NCBI GenBank assembly: GCA_963841015.1
Contig: CAWJAX010000002.1
Location: forward strand, 516,347-580,346
Source: an uncultured Methanoregulaceae archaeon
Lineage (GTDB): Archaea; Halobacteriota; Methanomicrobia; Methanomicrobiales; Methanospirillaceae
Reading direction: 5' to 3'
Length of the DNA: 64,000 bases
Positions 21,541 through 32,115 of this stretch are shown here, piece by piece. Below the pieces are notes generated by a model. The model saw only the letters and a list, made by a program, of their open reading frames with translations, was not told where the DNA came from and ran no database searches. The position numbers were made by a program, and so were the translations under genes. The first letter of the stretch is position 1. The number at the start of each line of letters is the position of its first letter.

Positions 21541-22593
21541 ATGAAAGCGGTTCTGGGTCTGGAAGACGGGGATTATGTGATCGGGGAAGGTTTTGGTATT
21601 GAAGGTGAGTGTTCCGGCGAACTCGTCTTTAATACACTTATGAGCGGGTATATGGAAGCGCTCAGCGATCCCAGTTATTATGGTCAGATTTTGATGTTTA
21701 CGTTCCCGCTGATCGGGAATTACGGTGCTGATACGCAGAATATGCAGAGTACCAATGTCAAGGCTTTCGGGGCAGTCTGTCGTGAGATCTGTGAGAAACC
21801 CGATGTAAAACCCACAATACGCACGTATTTTGAACAGAACGGACTTTTGGGCATGTGTGGTGTGGATACCCGGATGCTTACCATCAAAACGAGGGTTAAG
21901 GGTACATTACGGGCGGCTCTTGTTGTCGGAGATGACAATTTCGAATACGCAGTCGAACTTGCAAAAAAGACCGCCCCCATATCAGACTATGATCTTATCC
22001 CCTCCGTTTCCTGCAAAACCCCATACCGCATTCCGGGAACCGGAAAGAAAATTGCCATTATTGATCTTGGCCTCAAGAACAATATGCTCTCAAGTCTTTC
22101 TGCCAGGAATGGTGATCTGTATGTATTCCCCTACAACACACCACCGGAAGATATTTTCCGTGTTGAACCGGATTGTCTTTTCATCACCAATGGTCCCGGG
22201 GATCCAAAGACCGCCCGCCCGACTATTGCTACTGTGAAAAAATGCATAGGTGAACTTCCCATCTTTGGCATATGCATGGGCAACCAGATTACCGCCATTG
22301 CTCTTGGAGGAGATACCTACAAACTCAAATTTGGTCACCGTGGCTCAAACCAGCCGGTCCGGTATAAGGACGGCAGAATTTTTATTACGACCCAGAACCA
22401 TGGCTTTGCCGTCGATGGAGATTCGCTTCCTGAAGGTTCAAAGGTCACGTTCACCAATGCAAATGACAAAACCGTAGAGGGTTTTGAGAGCGAAGATCTG
22501 AATATTTCGTGTGTTCAGTTTCATCCGGAAGCACACGCAGGCCCGCGTGATACGGAATGCCATTATTTTGATGGTCTTTTCAGGAGGCTTTAA
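21541..22593 (+). CDS. carA: Carbamoyl-phosphate synthase small subunit
   Basis: GELVFNT, DPSYYGQ, NGPGDP, GICMG, QNHGF, QFHPEA. Confidence 0.97.
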   Translation: MKAVLGLEDGDYVIGEGFGIEGECSGELVFNTLMSGYMEALSDPSYYGQILMFTFPLIGNYGADTQNMQSTNVKAFGAVCREICEKPDVKPTIRTYFEQNGLLGMCGVDTRMLTIKTRVKGTLRAALVVGDDNFEYAVELAKKTAPISDYDLIPSVSCKTPYRIPGTGKKIAIIDLGLKNNMLSSLSARNGDLYVFPYNTPPEDIFRVEPDCLFITNGPGDPKTARPTIATVKKCIGELPIFGICMGNQITAIALGGDTYKLKFGHRGSNQPVRYKDGRIFITTQNHGFAVDGDSLPEGSKVTFTNANDKTVEGFESEDLNISCVQFHPEAHAGPRDTECHYFDGLFRRL

Positions 22594-22595
22594 AA

Positions 22596-25500
22596 ATGCC
22601 CAAACGGCCAAATATCAAAAAGGTCCTGATCATCGGGTCCGGACCGATCCAGATTGGGCAGGCAGCAGAATTTGACTTTTCGGGAAGCCAGGCATGTCGT
22701 GCCATGCGCGAGGAGGGTGTATCGGTGGTTTTGGTGAATTCCAATCCGGCCACCATCCAGACCGACCCGGATATGGCAGACATCATTTATATCGAGCCCC
22801 TGCGGGCTGATGTTATCGCTAAGATCATCGAAAAAGAGAAGCCCGATGGTGTTCTCTCCGGCATGGGGGGGCAGACCGGGCTCAACCTGACTGCTGAGCT
22901 GGCTGAGATGGGTGCATTGAAAAATGTCGAAATCCTGGGCACACCTCTTGAAGCAATTTACCGTGGGGAGGATCGCGAAAAATTCCGGAATCTCATGATG
23001 CAGATCGGGGAACCGGTTCCAAAAAGTGTGATCCTGACTTCACTGAACCAGGTTGATGAGGCAATTAACACCGTAGGACTGCCTGCAGTTGTGCGTCCGG
23101 CATATACTATGGGAGGGGCCGGTGGTGGTATCGGGAAAACCAAAGAGGAATTGATCCGGATTATTGAACTTGGACTCTCCCGATCACGTATCCACCAGGT
23201 GCTTGTCGAACAGAGCGTATTGGGCTGGAAAGAGATCGAATTTGAAGTCATGCGGGATTCTGCGGACACCTGTATTATCATCTGTGGTATGGAAAACATC
23301 GACCCTATGGGGATCCATACCGGTGAGAGTGTGGTCGTTGCCCCGATCCTTACCCTCCGCGATGATGAGTTCCAGATGATGCGGAGTGCAGCGATTAAGA
23401 TTATCCGTGCCCTTGATGTTCAGGGAGGGTGCAATATCCAGTTTGCCTTTAATAACGGGGACTACCATGTTATTGAGGTAAATCCCCGTGTTTCGCGGTC
23501 ATCGGCACTCGCATCAAAAGCCACAGGGTATCCTATTGCGCGTGTTGCGGCAAAAATTGCGATAGGGCTGCGTCTCGATGAGATTACCAACACCGTGACC
23601 GGTTGCACCCCTGCATCTTTCGAACCCACAATTGATTACATTGTTGCCAAAGTACCCCGCTGGCCGTTTGACAAGTTCAAGGGAGCGGACCGGACGCTTT
23701 CCACCTCCATGAAGAGCACGGGAGAAGTCATGGCAATCGGGCGGACGATTGAAGAAGCTCTCATGAAGGCAAAACGCTCGATTGACACGGATGTCATACC
23801 TCACACGAGCCACAGCGAGATCCGTATGATCCTCTCCCGCCCTACCGATGAGCGTTTCCACTGCCTTTTTGATGCATTCCGTGAGGGTTTCTTGATCGAT
23901 GAGATTGTACAACTCACCTCAATTACCCCGTTCTTTTTGGAGAAGATCAAAAATATTGTCGAGATGGAAAAGCACCTTTTGACGCATCATGAACTCCAGG
24001 ATATTCTCGCGGCAAAACGATACGGGTTTTCAAATGCGGACATAATGAAGATCACCGGGCTTTCCCTTGAACGGGTTGAAGAGATGGCCGGTCTTCCCAC
24101 GTACAAGATGGTGGATACCTGTGCAGCGGAATTTCCCGCAAATACTCCGTATTTCTACTCCACGTTTGAGCAGAGCTGTGAAATTATCCCGACAGATACA
24201 AAGAAAATACTGATCCTTGGTTCCGGTCCGATACGCATCGGTCAGGGTATTGAGTTCGATTACTGCACCGTCCATGCAGTCCAGGCACTGCGGGATGAAG
24301 GTATTGAAGTCCACATCGTCAACAACAATCCTGAAACAGTATCCACCGACTTTGACACCTCAGACAGGCTCTTTTTTGAACCTATGCAGCTTGAGGATGT
24401 TGTCAACATCTTACGGAAAGATTATTATCACGGCGTGATGGTGCAGTTTGGCGGACAAAATGCCGTAAATCTTGCGGTACCTATTGAGGGGGAGATCAAA
24501 CGGCTGGGTCTTAAAACCAGAATTCTTGGCACGAGTCCGGATGCCATGGACATTGCAGAGGATCGTGACCGGTTCAGTGTCCTCCTGCAGAAACTCAACA
24601 TTCCCAGCCCGGCAAACAGTTCAGCGTATTCTGAAGGGGATGCCAGGGCAATAGCAGATAAGATCGGGTATCCGGTGCTTGTCAGGCCATCGTATGTTCT
24701 CGGGGGCAGGGCGATGGAGATTGTTCACGATGAGCGCGAACTCGAAACCTATATGAAAGAGGCGGTCCGTGTCAGTAAGAACCACCCGGTACTCATCGAT
24801 TCCTATCTCCAGAATGCCATCGAACTCGATGTAGATGCAGTCTGCGACGGCCAGGAAGTCCTTATTGGAGGTATAATGGAGCATATAGAACAGGCGGGCA
24901 TTCATTCAGGAGATTCTGCCTGCGTTATACCCACCCAGTCTCTTTCCCCGGCAGTATTGGACACGATACGGGATTATACCCGGAAGATCGCACTCGGGCT
25001 TGGGGTCGTCGGACTGGTCAACCTCCAGCTTGCGGTCAAGGATAATGTGGTCTACGTCCTTGAAGCAAATCCCCGTGCGAGCCGGACCGTGCCGTTTGTC
25101 TCAAAAGCCACTGGGATCCCTGTTGCCAAAATCGCAGCGAAGGTTATGGTCGGAAGGAAATTAAACGATCTTGGCTATAAAGAGCGCGTGCTTGAACACG
25201 TCGCAGTCAAAGAGGTTCTGCTTCCCTTTAATAAGCTCTCCGGTGTCGATACCATGCTCGGTCCCGAAATGAAAAGCACCGGTGAAGTGATGGGGATAGA
25301 CTATGATTTCGGGCTTGCCTTTTACAAAGCATGCATTTCGGCGGATAATGAACTCCCGCTCAAGGGCAATATCTTCATCTCGGTCAATATCGAGCAGAAA
25401 GATGAGGTTATTCCGATAGCACGGCAGCTGCGCGATCTCGGGCTCATATTATACGGTACTGAAGGGACCGTTGATTACCTGTATGAAGCGGGTATTGAAG

Positions 25501-25757
25501 CACACCTGGTGAGAAAATTACAGGAAGGGTCTCCCAATGTTCTCGATATGATGCGACATGGAGAGATCCGCCTCATCATCAACACCCCTCAGGACAGGCA
25601 ATCCCGGCAGGACCATTACCAGATCATGCGTGCGGCAGTAGATTTCGGGATCCCGTATATTACGACGCTCCAGGCAGCGCGTGCGGCAGCACTTGCCATT
25701 GATGCCATCAAGCGTGAGAAGGTCACCCTGGAACCGCTTGGACATTATCTGAAGTGA
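22596..25757 (+). CDS. carB: Carbamoyl-phosphate synthase large subunit
   Basis: GSGPIQIGQAAEFDFSG, duplicated ATP-grasp halves and an MGS domain; 1053 aa. Confidence 0.98.
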   Translation: MPKRPNIKKVLIIGSGPIQIGQAAEFDFSGSQACRAMREEGVSVVLVNSNPATIQTDPDMADIIYIEPLRADVIAKIIEKEKPDGVLSGMGGQTGLNLTAELAEMGALKNVEILGTPLEAIYRGEDREKFRNLMMQIGEPVPKSVILTSLNQVDEAINTVGLPAVVRPAYTMGGAGGGIGKTKEELIRIIELGLSRSRIHQVLVEQSVLGWKEIEFEVMRDSADTCIIICGMENIDPMGIHTGESVVVAPILTLRDDEFQMMRSAAIKIIRALDVQGGCNIQFAFNNGDYHVIEVNPRVSRSSALASKATGYPIARVAAKIAIGLRLDEITNTVTGCTPASFEPTIDYIVAKVPRWPFDKFKGADRTLSTSMKSTGEVMAIGRTIEEALMKAKRSIDTDVIPHTSHSEIRMILSRPTDERFHCLFDAFREGFLIDEIVQLTSITPFFLEKIKNIVEMEKHLLTHHELQDILAAKRYGFSNADIMKITGLSLERVEEMAGLPTYKMVDTCAAEFPANTPYFYSTFEQSCEIIPTDTKKILILGSGPIRIGQGIEFDYCTVHAVQALRDEGIEVHIVNNNPETVSTDFDTSDRLFFEPMQLEDVVNILRKDYYHGVMVQFGGQNAVNLAVPIEGEIKRLGLKTRILGTSPDAMDIAEDRDRFSVLLQKLNIPSPANSSAYSEGDARAIADKIGYPVLVRPSYVLGGRAMEIVHDERELETYMKEAVRVSKNHPVLIDSYLQNAIELDVDAVCDGQEVLIGGIMEHIEQAGIHSGDSACVIPTQSLSPAVLDTIRDYTRKIALGLGVVGLVNLQLAVKDNVVYVLEANPRASRTVPFVSKATGIPVAKIAAKVMVGRKLNDLGYKERVLEHVAVKEVLLPFNKLSGVDTMLGPEMKSTGEVMGIDYDFGLAFYKACISADNELPLKGNIFISVNIEQKDEVIPIARQLRDLGLILYGTEGTVDYLYEAGIEAHLVRKLQEGSPNVLDMMRHGEIRLIINTPQDRQSRQDHYQIMRAAVDFGIPYITTLQAARAAALAIDAIKREKVTLEPLGHYLK

Positions 25758-25897
25758 ATGTGCAAAAAATCACCCGCTTTTTTCATTTTTTTGTATACCT
25801 GTTAAACATGGATTCTTACAATACATTCCATGAAAATGCGGTGTATAGTACAAATTAATTGAATATCCTTATATACCGAAATAACAAAAAAAGATGC

Positions 25898-26768
25898 ATG
25901 AAGAAATTATTTGTTGTTCTCGCGATCCTGTTCATCGGGATTCTTCTCGCGGGCTGTACTTCCCAGCCGCCAGCACCTGTAGTAACTCCTACACCGACAC
26001 CGGTCCCAACGACAGACTGCTCCTGAAGTTCGGGGCTGTTATGCTATCGTTGCTGATGATCCACAGTTCTCGGTACTCGGAACCGCACTCAGGGCAGCGA
26101 AACTTGAGACAGCGTTCGATAACGGATCATTTACCATTCTGGCACCCACTGACACAGCATTCGCACAATTACCCAATGGTACGATTGCATCCCTGCTGAA
26201 GGATCCCGAGGGCCAGTTAAAACAGGTTCTTCTGAACCATGTTATCAGCCAGCCGGTAATGGCTGCTGAGGTTGTCAAGCTCGGTGAAGCAAAAACCATG
26301 CAAGGGACTGTCCTGAAGATCAATACGACTGACGGCGTGACCATTGGTGGTGCCAAGGTTACCAAAACCGACATTGTCTGTAAAAACGGGGTAATTCATG
26401 TTATCGATCGTGTTCTCGTACCCCCGGTTCAGGTAAAAACAGCATCCCCGACACCCACCCCGAGCCCGACACCCCAGCCATCAACCACGATCACGTTCAC
26501 CCGGGATTTAACCATACAGCCCAGCACAATGGTGTATATTAAAGTTGGCAGCAAAGTTGTCTGGAAGAACGACGATCCCTTCAAGCCTCATGGTATTGCA
26601 GCACTCGACAATCCGGACCCGAAGAGCTTAAAAATCTTCGGAAATCAATCGGCAGCGAATATACCCTACGGAAAGACGTATGAGGTAACCTTTAATGAAG
26701 CTGGCACGTACGATTACAAGACCGTATTCCAGCCAGAAACTACCGGATGGGTTAAAGTTACCAAGTAA
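25898..26768 (+). CDS. Lipoprotein with a fasciclin (FAS1) domain and a cupredoxin-like domain, frameshifted near 26010-26110
   Basis: MKKLFVVLAILFIGILLAGC lipobox; FAS1 motifs FTILAPTDTAF and NGVIHVIDRVL; Pro/Thr linker; KVGSKVVWKNDD...H...FNEAGTYDY. Confidence 0.8.
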
Positions 26769-26944
26769 CACAACAATAATCGTTCAGGAAAATTCAGCCT
26801 GAACAACCTTTTTTCATGCTCTTCTGAAAAGTCCTGTCAGGTTGCAAGATTATCGTAACATCCGTATCCAATAATTCTGCCCTTTAAAATATATGCTTAC
26901 ACTGCCTATCTGTGTACCATTATCATTCGAGTGGAGTACACATT

Positions 26945-28147
26945 ATGGGAAAAGGTACTATTGTTCTTGCATATTCGGGAGGGCTTGACACCTCTATCTG
27001 CATCCCGCTGTTAAAGGAACGGTATGATTACGATCGTGTTGTTACCGTTGCTGTCCATGTCGGTCAGCGGGATGAAGAGATTGACATAGCAACAAAAAAA
27101 GGGAAAAAACTCGCTGACCGACACTATACTATTGACGCCCGCAAAAAATTTGTAAACGAGCACATCTTCCCGGCAATACGTGCAAATGGATCCTATGAGG
27201 GATATCCGATGGGTATTTCCCTTGCCCGCCCCCTCATTGCTGAAGAAGTTGTGAAGATTGCCCGCAAGGAACGCGCAATAGCAATCGGACATGGTTGCAC
27301 GGGTAAAGGCAATGATCAGCTCAGGTTTGATTTCATTATTCGCGGAGCTGGTCTTGAAGTGGTTGCACCAATACGCGAACTCAACCTGACCCGGGACTGG
27401 GAAATTGAGTATGCACGGCAACACAAGATTCCCGTACCAGTTAAAAAAGATAAGCCCTGGAGCATGGATGAGAACTGCTGGAGCCGGAGTATTGAAGGAG
27501 GAATGCTTGAAGATCCCGCATATCACCCTCCCGAAGAGATCTATTTGTGGACGGTACCTGTACAAAAAGCTCCCGATACACCGGAAAAACTCATCATTGA
27601 ATTCAAAAATGGTATCCCTGTTGCACTGAATAAAAAGATACTCCCTGGCTACGATTTAATCCAGGACCTCAACAAACGAGCCGGGAAACACGGGATCGGC
27701 CGCAATGACATGATCGAGGACCGGATTCTCGGGCTCAAGGCCCGGGAGAATTATGAGCATCCTGCGGCAACGGTGATTCTCATGGCACACCGGGACCTCG
27801 AAGCACTGGTACTTACAAGGCAGGAGCTTGCCTTTAAACGCATGGTGGATGACAAATGGTCAGAACTTGCCTATAAAGGACTTGTCTATGAACCGTTGTA
27901 CACGGCTCTGAATGCATTCATCAACACCACCCAGGAACGGGTAAATGGCAGTGTTGATCTTGAACTGTATAAGGGCTCTGTAAGGGTCCTTGGCAGGAGC
28001 TCACCTGATGCACTCTATTCCAATGATCTTGTTTCGTTTGATAGTTCGTCCATAGACCAGTGCCATGCGATCGGTGTTTCCCACTATTTCGGTCTCCAGG
28101 CACGACTTGCGCATACGCTGAAAAAGCAAAAATCCTCAAAAAAGTAA
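26945..28147 (+). CDS. argG: Argininosuccinate synthase
   Basis: [37 protein letters not shown]. Confidence 0.97.
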   Translation: MGKGTIVLAYSGGLDTSICIPLLKERYDYDRVVTVAVHVGQRDEEIDIATKKGKKLADRHYTIDARKKFVNEHIFPAIRANGSYEGYPMGISLARPLIAEEVVKIARKERAIAIGHGCTGKGNDQLRFDFIIRGAGLEVVAPIRELNLTRDWEIEYARQHKIPVPVKKDKPWSMDENCWSRSIEGGMLEDPAYHPPEEIYLWTVPVQKAPDTPEKLIIEFKNGIPVALNKKILPGYDLIQDLNKRAGKHGIGRNDMIEDRILGLKARENYEHPAATVILMAHRDLEALVLTRQELAFKRMVDDKWSELAYKGLVYEPLYTALNAFINTTQERVNGSVDLELYKGSVRVLGRSSPDALYSNDLVSFDSSSIDQCHAIGVSHYFGLQARLAHTLKKQKSSKK

Positions 28148-28155
28148 AGATATCA

Positions 28156-28360
28156 TCTCTCTGGAAATGCTCAATAGTACGCTTAAAGCTCAACGGGGGC
28201 TGCACCTCCACCGCTTTGGCTCCCCCCAAATGCGATAACTCCAAAAAAGGTAATACGTCATTATCATCATTAGTGCAGGTGCAGACAGGGGGGAGGAAAG
28301 GTCCCCTCCGTCATAACCAGGGCTTTGTGTTTCACAGTAAATGCAGGGTATATTCCCGGT
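28156..28360 (+). mobile_element. Degenerate modular MITE copy (B)
   Basis: GGAAATGCTCAAT start, GGCTCCCCCCAAATGCGATAACTCC, GTCCCCTCC. Confidence 0.65.
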
Positions 28361-28444
28361 TTAAACATTAAAATAAAAAATTGATTTAAGATGTGAAAAA
28401 ATGAAAAACATAAGGTACAAAATTTAAAACAGAAAATGTTTTCA

Positions 28445-28585
28445 TTTTTTGACAAATGGATTTTTTGCTCTTATTGGGTTCAGTTCTATCGCATCTTTGT
28501 GGTCGCCACAGCGGCGGGGGCGGAGGCAAAAGCCGAAGCCCAAAGGAGCGTCATCAATGAGTTTTTGATATATCGTGAAGAAATG
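28445..28585 (-). repeat. Module D (variant of the B end), interrupted by the 28586 element
   Basis: GCCACAGCGGCGGGGGCGGAGGCAAAAGCCGAAGCCC...GTGAAGAAATG; matches 52985-53071. Confidence 0.65.
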
Positions 28586-29148
28586 GGCTATCTAGAAACG
28601 CACATGAGTCACGGACTCAGGCAAACACGATGAATAACCGCGGGTTTTTCATGGTAATTCCTTTTCCACTGATATGAAATTCAAGATACGAATGAAGGAG
28701 GGGACAGTGACTGTCCCCCCCATGCCTCCCCTGCGCTGAGCGATGATGACATAGCACCAGTTCGGGAGGTATCGCATCGGGGGGAGCCACAGCGGCAGGG
28801 GTGAAACCCCCTTGAGCGTTTAGCTTGTAATTGAGCATTTCCCATGAAAACGAACACGATGCCTGCGGTCACAGGCACACAGAACGGAAAAGTGATGGTA
28901 TTTCCATATTAAATTGTATTATTCAGATATGATGCGGAAATTATTATCATTCTATCCATCTGGTAGGATGAATGCCGCCACCCCCGACGGGGCGCCCCCG
29001 TGGCGGATCGATGACTAAAAATTTTAAAAAAAAACTCCCTGCCCCGCCGTGCCTCGGAGAGGTCCTGAAGCAGGGGTCCTTCGTATAAAATAAGATTTTC
29101 ATGGTTTGAGTGTGAACCCGATAAGTTCATGCTCGTTTCTACAGAGCA
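28586..29148 (-). mobile_element. Full-length modular MITE (E+B+insert+A, 563 bp) with 8-bp TSD
   Basis: Ends GGCTATCTAGAAAC and GTTTCTACAGAGCA; flanks AAGAAATG and AAGAATTG (7/8); reverse complement of the 39389 copy plus an insert of about 60 bp. Confidence 0.88.
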
Positions 29149-29228
29149 AAGAATTGTTCGTCGTTAGAAGGTGACTATACCAAAAAGTAAAGGGAATTCT
29201 GCAGTGCCAAACTATCTAAAAAAAATAT

Positions 29229-29633
29229 TTATTCTATCTTTTTTCCGGCATTCTGACCCGGGGTGCATTCGAATACTTCCCTGATTGAAAGAACGAGGAG
29301 CCCTTTTGCCGGATAGTGTGCCCCTTTTTCCTTGATCTGTGCTTTAATCTTTTCATACTCAGGACCACTGGTCTTTACCGTGACGGTCCCTTTAATCTGG
29401 AAACAGCGTTTCTTTTCAGGATCCCAGATATAGAGCGCCATGTGAGGATTTTCTTTGACGTTTGCGAGTGTCTTTACCATGTAATTGTCTCCAATCCAGA
29501 TGGTATCGTCCGAAATAAGCTGGACGGTTGCGACCGGCGCGACGTTCGGGATAGCACTCTTTGACGCTGTAGCAGCGGCAAATACTTTTTGTTTGGCAAA
29601 TACTTCTTTCATTTCCGGGCTAAGTCTGACCAT
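29229..29633 (-). CDS. Pyridoxamine 5'-phosphate oxidase-like FMN-binding protein
   Basis: ATASK..PNVAP, KTLANVKENP, FQIKG, CTPG. Confidence 0.85.
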   Translation of the reverse strand: MVRLSPEMKEVFAKQKVFAAATASKSAIPNVAPVATVQLISDDTIWIGDNYMVKTLANVKENPHMALYIWDPEKKRCFQIKGTVTVKTSGPEYEKIKAQIKEKGAHYPAKGLLVLSIREVFECTPGQNAGKKIE

Positions 29634-29839
29634 TTTTCACCTCATTTTACCCTGCAGGCAGATTGTGCCATAAACTCTCATGGATTCTTACTGTGCTTAT
29701 GTTTTGTGTTGCGGGAACGAATCATATCTTTTGAAAAATTCCTTTTTTTAGATAACCGTACTTGATAATAATTCAACCCTTTTCTCCAGATAAAAAAAAT
29801 CGAAACTTATATGGATTGACAATAAAGAAAAGGATACTG

Positions 29840-31339
29840 ATGTGCGCCAGTTTTTTTTCCCGCTTTACAAAACAAAAACCGCATATTGTTGAAAGCCCTC
29901 CTCCCCCGTCAATCACGCATGGAGCGGGTATGAATGTTCCCGAATACAAAAACAAGCCCTATTTTATTGTTGCATCCGTAGAGATGGGGAACACTACAAC
30001 CAAGTGTATCCTGACCGGTGTTAGTCTCGAAACAGGGATGTCCTATGTGATTCACAAGACCGTGAGCATGAGCCGTGATATCCGCCCTCCAAAACCCGGA
30101 GAGACAATTTTTGGCGCAACACTTGACGGGACAGAGCTGACACGGGAAGCAGTCACCGAACTTGTCAGGGATACCCTGCTCCAGTGCCATAATGATGCCC
30201 ATCTCGATGTTATAAAAGACCTTGATTTTGTTGTCCGCAGCACGGGTGTGGTTGCCGAGATGGAGTCACCTGACCAGATCGGGGATTTTGTCATAGCGCT
30301 TGCGAACGGATGCCTGATTGCAGGAGTCCCGCCCCGCAAGATGACGCCACCGATGTCAAAGGAAAACCAGTCGCAAAAACTCCAGCCGTTCAGCTTTGCC
30401 GATAAGGTTGTGTTTGTTGGTGCAGTTGCCGGTGTGATCCCGCCGGTTGGTTCGACAGGAGTTGAAATGGTCGCAAACGAGATGGAAGGAGAGCTTGCGA
30501 TGGCGGGAATCAAGGAAGGGGCAAAATGGACACCGGTTGATTTTCGCAATCCCTGTGTTTCTGTTGATTTTGGCACCACCCTCGACGGTCGTATAACCAG
30601 TGATGTTCCCGATGACAGCCTGAATCCTTTTGCAAAAACTGTGGGGAATTTCTGTGGGCTTGCCGGTGCGATTCCCGATGCACTTGTCAGGGGAACCGGC
30701 CTTGTGCATGAGCGGACTGGAACTGCACTGGATATCTTCGGTGAACACAGCGTAACCGGTGGATTATTCAGCGGAGGAAACCGGAAAGTTATTGACGATT
30801 ACGTACAGCGATGCCACAAGCATATCGACATTCGTATTGTACCCTCGGATCGTGACCGGTTCGGTCGCGTTCCGGTCAATGCACGGCTCGCCAAGGAATC
30901 CGGCATCGCCATGATCGGGTGTGACTGTGGGGTGAACAGCAGTGATCTGCATGAACTGGTTGCTGTTGGAGCGGAAATTCATAAAAAATTCAATCTTGCA
31001 ACCCTTAACGAAGTAGTTGATCGCGTCTGCTCCGGGATGGCATTACGATTGATCGATGTTGCGGTCGAACAGAACATAGTTCCGAGGAATTCTTCGATCG
31101 GGTTTACCGGACGGGCGGCAATATCCGGGAGGAAACCCGATTATATCCTTGAGGGGATTATCGAGCGCAACCTCTTTGATGACCCTGTTGACCATCTTGT
31201 TTTTGTCGATGATGGGCTTGCCCGGGGCGCGGCACTGATGGGACGCTGCATGAACTCACTGGGTAAACCCAAAAATCCAATCGGAGGCGTCCGCGGGGGC
31301 CCATGTATTATGAGCCGGCGGATCAAGATAGGTAAATGA
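29840..31339 (+). CDS. Methanogenesis marker protein 14
   Basis: IVASVEMGNTTTKCIL, FVVRSTGV, NEMEGEL, DFGTTLDGRIT, FVDDGLARGAALMGRCMNSLG (ASKHA-like motifs). Confidence 0.85.
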   Translation: MCASFFSRFTKQKPHIVESPPPPSITHGAGMNVPEYKNKPYFIVASVEMGNTTTKCILTGVSLETGMSYVIHKTVSMSRDIRPPKPGETIFGATLDGTELTREAVTELVRDTLLQCHNDAHLDVIKDLDFVVRSTGVVAEMESPDQIGDFVIALANGCLIAGVPPRKMTPPMSKENQSQKLQPFSFADKVVFVGAVAGVIPPVGSTGVEMVANEMEGELAMAGIKEGAKWTPVDFRNPCVSVDFGTTLDGRITSDVPDDSLNPFAKTVGNFCGLAGAIPDALVRGTGLVHERTGTALDIFGEHSVTGGLFSGGNRKVIDDYVQRCHKHIDIRIVPSDRDRFGRVPVNARLAKESGIAMIGCDCGVNSSDLHELVAVGAEIHKKFNLATLNEVVDRVCSGMALRLIDVAVEQNIVPRNSSIGFTGRAAISGRKPDYILEGIIERNLFDDPVDHLVFVDDGLARGAALMGRCMNSLGKPKNPIGGVRGGPCIMSRRIKIGK

Positions 31340-31354
31340 ACAAGGTGAAAGAAA

Positions 31355-31594
31355 ATGCCAGACGAAGAACAGTTATATGATATCATTATCCCTCCTGGTA
31401 CCCCCCAGAAGCTTATTGTGGACATCTCAAAAAAATTCGATGTAACCGTTGTCGAACGCAAGGAAAAAATCAAGTTCGCTAATATGGAGGGGGACGAGCG
31501 CGAACTTCTGGCATTCCGCGGTAAACTTGAGGTTATGCAAAACGTTGAAACGTATATGCGAGACCAGTTAATCGCATTCGTTGCCGAAAAGTAA
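31355..31594 (+). CDS. Small conserved hypothetical protein, co-oriented with marker 14
   Basis: AGGTGA Shine-Dalgarno-like site upstream; LYDIIIPPGTP...RELLAFRG. Confidence 0.75.
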   Translation: MPDEEQLYDIIIPPGTPQKLIVDISKKFDVTVVERKEKIKFANMEGDERELLAFRGKLEVMQNVETYMRDQLIAFVAEK

Positions 31595-31699
31595 TAAATA
31601 ATGTGTAAAATTTTTTTAGATTATTACTGTTTTTTTGCAGGGAACGTATGCATCAGGAGAATTGGGGGCTTATGCCACTGTACCTGAATACGATGGATT

Positions 31700-32105
31700 T
31701 CGCCGCCCCGCAAACGGACGCCCCCGCGGCGATTTGGGTGCACCCGAACCATGAAAATGGTCCTCTCTACGATGGATCCCCTCCTCAGGGCCTCTACGAG
31801 GCACGGCAGGCAGGAAATTTTTGAATTTTAGTTACCGATCCGCCGAACAAAGAAGCCCTGTTTTGGGGAGGTAGCAGTCATTGTGCTAGAGGTCATAGTG
31901 GTAACAATCCCCGCATCATGTCTGAATGCTACAGTTTTCAAAAGGAAATGCTCAATAACAAGCTAAACGCTCATAAGCGTCTCACTCATGTCGCCGGGAT
32001 TCACCTAACCTACCTCATGAACAGGTAATACAGCACCATTGTGATAAGCGAAGGGGCGGTATAGGGGGACAGGCACTGTCCCCTCCGCCCTCTTGCCACC
32101 AGTGA
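31700..32105 (+). mobile_element. Rearranged modular MITE copy (inverted A hairpin, then A, then B)
   Basis: CGCCGCCCCGCAAACGGACGCCCCCGCGGCG at 31701, CCATGAAAAT, GCCTCTACGAGGC, GGAAATGCTCAATAACAAGCTAAACGCTC, GGGGACAGGCACTGTCCCC. Confidence 0.75.
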
Positions 32106-32115
32106 AACTTTTTTT

